Shown here: piece by piece, positions 49,885 to 60,181 of the stretch
How the letters are laid out: each line of letters opens with the position of its first letter
Numbering within the stretch: position 1 is the stretch's first letter
DNA from: Ostrea edulis
Taxonomy: Eukaryota
Assembly: GCF_947568905.1 (NCBI RefSeq)
Contig: NC_079172.1
Coordinates: 27,032,001-27,096,000, forward strand
Direction: 5' to 3'
Length of the DNA: 64,000 bases
Translations under genes and position numbers: made by a program
The notes under the pieces: generated by a model
Told to the model about the DNA's origin: nothing
Database searches by the model: none
Seen by the model: only the letters and a program-made list of their open reading frames with translations

Positions 49885-50779
49885 GGAAAATGAGGGAAGT
49901 GGTGCGTTGTAGAGTCTGATAGAAAACCATACCCAGGTACAATTTTGGGTGTAGACCATGCTTCAGTAGAGATCATGGGCCTTTAGAAACATGTATTAAA
50001 ATGAAATGTAGAAATTGAACATGCACCCTAGCAAGAATTCGTGCAACTGTTGGAGTATACAATGGATATGAATGCGATTGAGTGTGCTTGGTGATCGGAC
50101 TTATTTGATTAATGTATAGAAGCTGAGATATGAACTAAAAGATGAGTTAAATTCTGTTATTTTGATCAGTTGAGAATTGATGTGTGATGTTGCATTATTT
50201 GACAATTTCTTTCATAGTAAATCCCCTGATAGAATATCTCAGTTTGTTAATCAGTCTGTTATTCTGTACCGTAACATTGATGTCTTACCGTCACAATGCA
50301 TATTTTAACTAGCAACCTCTTAAAAGCAATGTACAATTATCATCATAATCTTTCAGAGGAACAATTATCTTATGGGATTTCCTGTATGATATAAACAGCC
50401 TTGATCTCTGTTCAAATTTGAGCGCAAATCTAAGTTTTCAAGTTCTTAAACGGGGGGAAATTCCACTTTCCGTACCATCACCAAATTTCTTGATAAAAGA
50501 TTATTTCTATTTAATTATCTTTTATAAAAGAATTATACGATGACTGTGAATCTCATCATTTTAGGCCATTTTAAATGTTTAACACCCAATAAACAATTAC
50601 AAAACAAATTTAACAATTATATTACGGTATGGAATTTTTTTAACACGTAACGTCGAGAATGACGTCATTACGTAAAATCCGTAAGTCCAAGTGTGTGGCC
50701 AAACAACATTTGACACCTTTAAACTTCATAATATTAGATTATAACTGAAAAGTTGGAAATAATTAACCTCAAATAAAAA

Positions 50780-51215
50780 TCAATACCCATTCTGAAATGT
50801 TAACTCAACGAGAGAATAGCCCTTATATTCAAAAACTCCTAGAGGACCCGCAGTAAAAGGTGCCCTTTCCTTGTGTTCCTTATCTATCTCAATTTGGTAG
50901 TATCCTGATTGTGCACCAAGTACGGTAAAGTAGTGATTCCCTGATAAATTGTCCACGATCTCAACGTGGGGCAGAGCATAGGCATCTTTTTTCGTCTTGT
51001 TCAGCTGCCTGTAGTCCACACACATTCTCAGGTCTCCATTCTTCCTCCTTACAAGGACTACATTGCTGGAGAATGGCGATTTGGACCTCCTAATCACCCC
51101 TGCCTCCACTAATTCCTGTAGGTGATTCCTAACTTCCTGGAACATTGATGGGGGAATACGTCCACATCGCTGCTTAAAAAGTGTAGGGTCCACCAACTCA
51201 ATCCTGTGCTTAACA
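50780..51215 (-). mobile_element. Gypsy/Ty3 RT N-terminal fragment
   Basis: VKHRIELVDPTLFKQR...SPFSSNVVLVRRKNGDLRMCVDYRQLN...KDAYALP...SGYYQI. Confidence 0.85.
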
Positions 51216-52041
51216 GAACATGCTCTTGTTTTATCAAATCAGTTAAGAGACATACAATGTATGAATACCACATGCAGGTGACAATGTAATATTGATACAT
51301 TGTATAATACTGGGAAGTTGACGATGGAGAAACTGAAGCCATCCAGTTTGACATCACGTGATCATCTGGGAAAATTCTATGAAGCTTATATGAATGGAGA
51401 AATGAAGATCTGAAGCTGTTTGTCACACAGGTGCTGTGCAAGGGCGGATGCGGAGGGGGGGGGGGGGGGGGCCGGACACACCCCCCCCCCCCTTGCGGAA
51501 CAAAAAGTTTAAGAGTTATTCAATTTTAACGAGACTTTGAGATGATATGAAAGGTGGATACTTACATGAAATTGCATCATTCAAACATATCAATAGCAGT
51601 ATATCATAGACGAAACACCGGTATACGAATATTTATAATAATTGAGAAAAGTAGCAAATTATGAAGCACTTTCAGACACCCCCCCCCCCTCAATTTTCGC
51701 TGTAAAATGTGTTTATACGAGTTATAAAACATGATGCAACCTATGAAAAATGTCCATCAATCTGTAAACTTCTGCAAAATATCATTAAAATTAAACTTTT
51801 GAATAGAATATGTAATTTTCAAAATATCATCTCTATTTGAATTCACATGAAATGCTTGAAAAAATAGTCTCGGAGAATCATTGACATTGCATGTTTTCTG
51901 TAGTTTCCGCATCTAAAACTAGCAACCGCTCGACCACGTCCTAGTTTAATTGTACCTGATGTTATCAACAGTGCCAACACATGGTCATTGTGACAGCTCC
52001 CTCCCACTTTCCTGCTACCCATGGCATTTAATTTAAATTAT

Positions 52042-52183
52042 NNNNNNNNNNNNNNNNNNNNNNNNNNNNNNNNNNNNNNNNNNNNNNNNNNNNNNNNNNN
52101 NNNNNNNNNNNNNNNNNNNNNNNNNNNNNNNNNNNNNNNNNNNNNNNNNNNNNNNNNNNNNNNNNNNNNNNNNNNNNNNNNNN
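52042..52183. other. Assembly gap (142 N)
   Basis: Run of N. Confidence 1.
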
Positions 52184-52314
52184 CATTGTTAGCTTGATTA
52201 ATCATAATCTCAATGCATTTCACTGACTGAGAAAAAGGGGGAGGGGTCCAACATGTATAGCAAACTTGAATCTACATTGATTTACAATATGTAAATGCTT
52301 CTTATTCAGTGAGT

Positions 52315-55300
52315 GTTGAATGTTTTTCATCTATCTGCACATCGTTTGTTCCTATATCCTTTGCCACATTAACGAAATAGTTGTTAAAAATATCACATAC
52401 AGCACCTTGATCGTTGACCAAACTGTCATTTTCACGTATGATAGTATTTCTGATGGTATTATTGCCCTTATTAGTCAAAAACGGTTTGATTGTAGGCCAG
52501 AAATCTTTGGACCCCCCCCCCCCCCCCCCCCCCCGTCACATATCTCTATAAAATGTTGATTTAGAGACTGCCTTTTGATTTTTGTGACGTAGTTTCTTTG
52601 AGTTGCATATGCTTTCCAATTTTTGTCTGTATTACATTTTTGAAATTTGTGAAATAGCATCTTTTTCCTGTAAACAGTCCTCTTCAGAGTTTTATTCATG
52701 AACGGAACTTGTTTAGGTAAAACCTTCCCCTCCTTGAAAGGAGCATGTTTTTCGATCGTTTCTAAGAATTTGTTTTCAAAATTTTGGTATGCCATATTGA
52801 CATCTTCTACATCAATAGCATTAATGAAATATATACCACTTAACTCTTCTAAAAAGCTACAGGGGTAGATAATATATCACCCTTGCTATTAAGATTAGCC
52901 GTGCCATCTATAGCTAAACCATTAGCATGTCTTATAAATAAGGCCATAGAAAATTCAGTTTTCCCCGATACATTAAAGAAAGTCAAAGTCTGTCCTATTC
53001 ATGAGAAAAACAGCTGTCTAGGCCAAGGAAATTATAGACCGTTCAGTGTGTTGCCAGCCATCTCAAAGCTCTTTGAAAGAGCCATCCATATACAGCTTTC
53101 TGAATATTTTGAATCTATATTTCATCCTTTCCTTGCTGCTTTTAGAACTGGGTATGGATGTCAGTCCACCTTAGGATCATGGAAGACTGGAAGAGAGCCT
53201 TGGATGAGAATAAGTATGTAGCCGCAATTCTTATGGATCTCGCCAAGGTTTTCAACTCCACCATTTGCTTCTCTTAAAACTTAAACACTACAGTCTTGGA
53301 AATGAAGCCTTAAGTCTTCTGGAAAGTTATCTCAGTGATAGATATTAATATGTGAAAATCGGGGAGTTTTCTAGTTTATTTCAATCATTTTCAAAAACGT
53401 TCCTCAGGGCTCGATACTTGGACCAATACTGTTTAATGTCTTTATAAATGATATTTTCGGTTTTATCTCTGACTCTTCCATTTATAATTATGCTGATGAC
53501 AACACTGTTTCTTACTCTCATGAAAAGCAGATATATTAAAGACCACATTGGGAAATGATAGCTTAGCCCCTTTAAACTGGTTCAATTGCAACAAAATGAA
53601 GGCAAACCCTGACAAATTTCAGTAGGAAAGAAGAGCAAAGATTTAAGAATTAACTTTTGATTTAGGAGAAACTACTCTATGCAGTGAATCGGGGGTTAAA
53701 CTATTAGGAATGACCATAGATTATCAATTAAATTTTAACTCCCATATTGCTGACATCTGTAGGAAGGCAGCTAGGCAATTAAATGTTTTAAAAAGAATAG
53801 GACACAATCTTAATCGTTTAAGTAAACTTACAATTTACCATTCTTTTATTTTATCAAATTTTAGCTACTGCCCCCTTACCTGGCACTTCTGCTCTGAGAT
53901 GAATACCATAATGATGGAAAAACTACAGAAATGAAATGGCCCTCCGTTTCATATATAATGATTATGTTTCTACATATGATGAATTGCTCCAGAAATATCT
54001 TCTCCCAACCTTAAAAGTAAGGCGTATGCGCACACTGGCTATAGAAACTTATAAAATTATAAACAAATCCAGCCCTCTGTTTCTTCATGACATCATTGCA
54101 TTTAAAGATCATTCTTAAAGTTTTAGATACACAAACACTGTCATTGTCCCCAGTGTCAGGACAACCAGGTATGGGATGCAATCCTTTAGGTACAGTGCTC
54201 CTAAGATCTGGAACTCTTTGCCAAATGAAGGTAGGCATCTTACCACCTTAAATCAATTTAAAAGTTTTATTTCCACTTGGTCTGTCCCCCACATGTAAGT
54301 GTAAATCATGAAGATCTTAGGTCCAGTGTACGTAGCTTTATATGTTGCTTCTATGGCAAGCCCTTTTACTATCTATTCGAAAAATCTCTTATTTTTAAAG
54401 AGATATCTCTTAAAAATGAGAGATATCTCTTAATCTTAAATCAAACAAAAGATGTTTAATTTGTTGACTAAATAAGATCATGAATTATAATTGGTTTGTA
54501 CATATGACACTCCTTGTTGTAAGTACACACATACACGGGATTACGTGTATACATGTGTAAATACGTGTACATGTGCGTTAATGACGTTTTGCCACCGGTG
54601 GGGGGGGGGGGGGGTATAAACCCGTGTGTTCTTTTCATTCTCTACCCACAGGTGTCACTGCTCGCTAACACCTCTGTCATTGCCGAAATTTCGAAATTCT
54701 TGTAAAATGCCTTGTAAATTCTTATACTAACGTTAAACTAAATTCGCTTAATCAATTTAAGATGCAAAATTTTAAGATAAAGTTGTTTTATCGCTTGTAA
54801 ACAATTCCCAAATTGTTGATTTTAATCAAAATGACCCCCCCCCCCCCCCCCCCCCGATTTTTACCGTTATCTTAGATTATCTACATTAATCATTCCAATT
54901 CTTAAATTCCGTTCCGTTTTCCGTTCCGCGTTTTAGCAACACCCTGATGGCTGCAATCCCGTGGGAAGATTTTTTGCTAATGTATACATGTATAGGTAAC
55001 AAAAAACAAAGACAAGAAATTGATGAAATATGCGAGCTAGACTAGATTTCGCCTCTCGGCAACTTGACAATGTTACCCCAACTACCTCTTCAACCTTTCC
55101 CGCCATTTGTACACTAGAAGTATTTTGCTTGGTTAAAAAATAGGGTTACATCATTTCAATGACAATGCAATAGGGAGAAGTCATTATGATCACCGGGGGA
55201 AAAATCTAAAGAGATATCTCTTTAGATTAAAAAGATATCTCTTTTTGAAAATTTAAAGAGATATCTCTTTTGTTTAAAGAGATATCTCCTTTTACATCGA

Positions 55301-56078
55301 TAGAGAGATATCTCTTTACCCTAGAGAGATATCTCTTTCTCTCTGAGAGATATCTCTTTAGCTTTGAGAAATATCTCTCAAAGAGAAAGAGATATCTCCC
55401 AAGCGTAAAGATATCTCTCTAACTTACAGAGATATCTCTTTAACCAATAAAGATATCTCTCTTATTTAAAAAGATATCTTATTTTACGAATAAATAGTAA
55501 AAGGGCTTGCCATATGCTTCTGTCCTTTTTCTCTATGCAGCGTTTATGTGGTGTGTTTGCATGGCTCAATAGACCTTTCTTTTCTAGTTTATTATTTATT
55601 TTTTTAGTTAATTCCAGCAGCAATGAATTTTTAAATATGTAGGCCTATACGATTAATTTACTACCATTATTGATTTTAATTATATTTAAATTATTTTCAA
55701 AATTCTTATACTATTTATCCAGCTTTCTATTTGAAACAGCTTACACTTTTCGCAATATTCGCAACAAACATTGCTATAATTGGGTTGAATTTTAATGATG
55801 ATTTTAATATACATATACTCTTGCTTGTAGTATTTTATTTCTTCCTCTTAATCTTATGCTTTCGTATCTGTATATTCTTGCATGAAATGTTTTGTTTTAT
55901 TTTGTATTCTTTTGTTAATCTGTGATATGTCTGTGTATATGTGTACATGCATGCTATGTGTCTTTGTCTTTGATATACATGTATGTGATAGTCGGTTAAA
56001 AGGCTCTACAGAGCTTGTGTTTGATTTGTTGAATGTATGTAGTTCCGACTTTAAATAAAATTTACTTTACTTTACTTT
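52315..56078 (+). mobile_element. Degenerate CR1/L2-group LINE with inverted 5' segment (52315-52855 minus; 52851-56078 plus)
   Basis: Plus strand carries KATGVDNISP, PQGSILGP (53402) and YADD (53489-53500), with frameshifts and a (TTTAC)3 tail at 56061-56075. Minus strand carries the ORF2 linker KHAP...KxVPFM. Confidence 0.85.
54352..55514. mobile_element. Non-autonomous TIR element with 6-bp TSD, nested in the LINE 3' UTR
   Basis: TIR TATGGCAAGCCCTTTTACTAT...; TSD TGCTTC at 54346-54351 and 55515-55520; many subterminal AGAGATATCTCT palindromes. Confidence 0.8.
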
Positions 56079-57859
56079 GAGTTCAAGAGTAGGATTCTGT
56101 ACAATGAGCAATATTGTCAATTTGTTCACGACTATGAAAAACCATAAGCTTGCATTGGTTTATCAAGTACATACATAATTTATTTTTGATGATTGCATGG
56201 CACGGTGAAAAGTGCGTCAATGATGGGGAGGGGTAGCCTACATGTACCTTGCTATTGATTTTTACCCTTTTTTTTTTTTTTATTCTTTTCGTAATAGACA
56301 TTGCATAATTTTTCCGGTGTGCTTTTTTCTCTATTACAGTAATTCTTTATTATTTATAATCGCCTTGGTTATTTAAGCAATATGTTAATTATTCCAGTTT
56401 GCAAAAGAACCCTGTGTCAGGCGCGCGTAAAAAAAGGGGGGGGGGTTAGATTGGTAGAAAATAAATATCACTTTTCCCTATTTGTATGCATCTTTGCTAG
56501 CTAAGAGTTTTCGGTCCACTCCGCTCCCCGTAAACGTCGTAGAAGCTAGAATGGGTGCGGCATTGGAGCTGTAGGCCTAGCGAAAATTACTATGATCAGA
56601 TGCACCTCCATTTGTAAGTGTTAGTCTCGAGTATAAATTGGACGTTCTGGAAAAAGTTCCATGGGGTGGAACATACTCCCTTGAGAAAAATTTTGATCTA
56701 CTAACGGTAAAACCGTCAACATATTTAAATGTCAAATAATCAACTGAACTTAGTGTCTATGCCCAAGACGACTTTAGTCACGTGGATACTTCAGCCAATG
56801 ATTTTTAAGTTTACAAATACCATTGGTTCGGCATGCTTGACCTCGGAAGCAAAGCAAAACACGACTGTGTTCAACGGTAGAGTTTTGTTCCTTCGCGATT
56901 ATCATATATATTTCTGTTCTGGATCAATTTAGTATTGCTGCCATGACTTGGTAAGTACATAACTAATAAACGAAACATCGCCAGAGGTTTTTTAAAGACC
57001 CTGATAGACGGTTTTTTATTTTCGATTGAGGTTTCTTATGTTTTCCCCATTAAACATGCTGAAGTGTTGTCAACAGGTAAATTTGTTAATTCATGACATA
57101 ATATATGAACTTGGAGGTAGGGATTTGTAGACTTGTGTATTATTTGTGCAATGATGTAAAAAAGAAGCGTTTAATAATAATGTTGGCGGGACTCAAAATG
57201 GGTCTGTATTATGAGAGGTGGCAAAAGAGAATGGGACGTTTCAAAGTGTGAAAATTTACATATAATTCCTGAAATACTGAAGATGGCAGATTGTATGCTA
57301 GAATAATTATTATAAGTATAGGTGTAACATGTGAAACAGTATCTATTCAATTGTTTCATGGAAAGGTAAGGTTTAAGAGACATTCTAAAGGAATTGAGTA
57401 AATATTGTGTACATTCCTATGAAGAAGTACGAGGATTCCGAACGATTTCAATGATAAGCGTTGGACGACGCGAGGGAAAATTTCAAAACTTAGATTGAAA
57501 TGTTATGACAGTTAACAGAATCGAAGATTCTGGGGCATGTAGTTTTTGGCCTATCTGTTTGTGGCAGAAAACTTTAACCTTGGTAAATCTTTTACACCTT
57601 AAGAGAAGGAGCTTTCATATTTGGTATGTTTATTTTTAGCTGCAATAATACATTATTCCTCTCTCCAATTTTTTGGGGTGGTTGGGGGGATAGCTACAAG
57701 CCTACAACTCCTAAAGATCTCCATAATGATAATGGTGCAGATACAGGAGTGATTCTCTTCAGCAACATTTTCAATCATTCTAAACATTTGCTGACTTTCT
57801 TTATGCAAATAAAATGATATTCTGCATGCAGGGATAGAAATTAACTTTTTTCACTACTA

Positions 57860-59239
57860 AAGGGTGTTAAGAAAGTTCGTTCCATGATTCACATCATGCC
57901 TAAACTTATTTATAAACAACTCATATACAAGTTTTTATGTTTTTAATAACCAGACAGTCCACCTTTGTTTTTCAATACATTTTTAATTCTGTTTGGCATT
58001 GAATGAATTAAAGAAATCAAATGTTTCTGAGGTATCTCCCTCCATGTACGTTGAAGTCGGCGGCGTAATTGGTTCATTGTTGTTGGGCGCGGATCTTTGT
58101 AGGCCTCGCTGTTCAGAATACTCCAAAGATTTTCTATACAATTTAGGTCTGGGGAATTGCCTGGCCATTCTTCTTTCGAAATAAAGTTTGGTAAATTATT
58201 TTCACACCAATTTTGTGTTAGGAGGGCAGTGTGAGGTGTCGCTCCATCTTGAACAAACGTAGCGTGTCCTGGATATTGAACCAACTTTCGTTCGTCAATC
58301 CCACCACTATTTTTCTGTCGATTCAGAGCAGGTTTTAGTTCTTTTTGAAGAATTTTCTTCACATAATAGTCAGCATTAATAGTTTTACCGACTGGAACAA
58401 TGTGAAGTTTGGACAAACCCTGAACTCCCATCGCACCCCATATCATGACTTTAGCGCTTGACTTGACACAGCTTACGTCTGGAACCTCATCTGACTGGGA
58501 CCCCCATACAACATCGTCCTGTCGGTTCGGAACATGAAACAAATATTTTGTAGATTCATCACTAAAGATGTAGTTCTCCCAGTCTTCAGCCGTCAAATGC
58601 TTGTGATCACGAGCAAATTTCAATCTCTTTTGCCTCTGTTTTTTTGTCAGAAGTTGATTTCTCGATCTTTTAAATGCCTTCCATTTTTTAACTTTTCGCA
58701 AATAATTATAAACAGTTACATGACTTACATTAAAGCCTGAGTTCTTAAGTTCCTTGCTGCATTTTCTTGTTGATTTTCCTCTTTTGTATTTTATGTTCTC
58801 CACTTTTTTCTTTACTACACCCATTATTTTCGATGGCCGACCGGATCTCGGTTGATCGGTTAGTTGTTTATTTTGCTCTCGCCTTTGTCTCCACTTTGTT
58901 ACCCATCGCTCACTTTTACATAGTTGCTTAGCCACATCCTTCACACTTAATCCTGCATCTAATAAAGCCAAAGCTTGAGCTCGTTCATTAATTGTATCGA
59001 CACTTGTACAGGACGTCTGCTTTTTCAACGAACTCGGCATATTTATTTCATGACGTAATAGACATTATGTTTACATCACTCCATAGCAACACGAGAGAGT
59101 GCACATAGGGAAGGATAACTATCGATATAATGGAAAACAAATTCTAAAGTGTTACCAGTAAAAATTTGAAACAAAAATATTTAGTTTTTCTATTTAATTT
59201 TTTAAATTTACAAACGGAACGAATTTTCTTAACACCCTT
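57860..59239 (-). mobile_element. Intact Tc1/mariner (ITm) DNA transposon, DD37E
   Basis: 24-bp TIRs AAGGGTGTTAAGAAA(G/A)TTCGTTCC at 57860-57883 and 59216-59239 with one mismatch; TA flanks on both sides; single uninterrupted transposase ORF. Confidence 0.95.
57943..59040 (-). CDS. Tc1-family transposase, 365 aa
   Basis: N-terminal HTH region; FSDES, FVQDGATPH and WPGNSPDLNCIENLW motifs; 37 residues between the second D and the E. Confidence 0.95.
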   Translation of the reverse strand: MPSSLKKQTSCTSVDTINERAQALALLDAGLSVKDVAKQLCKSERWVTKWRQRREQNKQLTDQPRSGRPSKIMGVVKKKVENIKYKRGKSTRKCSKELKNSGFNVSHVTVYNYLRKVKKWKAFKRSRNQLLTKKQRQKRLKFARDHKHLTAEDWENYIFSDESTKYLFHVPNRQDDVVWGSQSDEVPDVSCVKSSAKVMIWGAMGVQGLSKLHIVPVGKTINADYYVKKILQKELKPALNRQKNSGGIDERKLVQYPGHATFVQDGATPHTALLTQNWCENNLPNFISKEEWPGNSPDLNCIENLWSILNSEAYKDPRPTTMNQLRRRLQRTWREIPQKHLISLIHSMPNRIKNVLKNKGGLSGY

Positions 59240-60181
59240 TAGATCAAGCAAATTTTAGCTGGTGGATTATTTTGCAATTAACAAAATTGAGCTTTTACTA
59301 GCATTTTTCAATCAATTTTTTTTTTACAGGAATTTGAGAAAACTAGCATATAATAATTTATTCCTCTGTATCAAAATATATGAAAATAAAGCGCAATAAT
59401 AAAAATAAAGATTCAAGGTTGTTTAATTTTTTAGAACACTGTAGCTCAATAACAAGTATTACGACCCCAGTTTTTCTTTTCAATTTCCTAATTCTCCTTC
59501 GTAGAAATTAAAAATACACTTCCCAAAAAATTGACATTACTTCAAATGTCAGGTGCCAACCTCTTCAATCCCTGCTATTAAATGAATTCTCATCCGAGTG
59601 AGCCATCATGGCAGCTGTTATACAACATTTACACCTTGTCATATGTACAGGCAGTACACATGTGCACCATTAATTACAGCTGTGCATAATTGATTACATC
59701 TGTGCATATGTAATTACATTTGTACATGTGTATGTCACATCACCATAAAAATATAATGCAATGAATCCATTGATTTACACAAAATTATCATTTATACTGA
59801 AAATAAGACAAAACTTGGTGAAAACATGTAAAAACATTTCAAGGGTCACACCAAAAACATATCTTCTATCATGTGTATGATATACAGATTTAACTAACTC
59901 CTAGAATTTTTAACTTTAATTTGTTAAATATATGGAGATGCAGTAATAGAATATATATATCGAAGCACTATTTCCGTTATGCCTTAGGTGCCATTTTGTT
60001 TCAAATGGGTAAGTATGACAGATTCCAACCAATTTTCCATTGCATATCATTGTACACTGAAACATTCCAAACTCCAGTGCAGTACTGTATACTACTCAAA
60101 GACAATAATCAAAAGTGGTAGATGAAAGCTCACTGTAGACTCAATAATGTTGATTTTCTTTAGGTAAAATCCTCAGACGAC

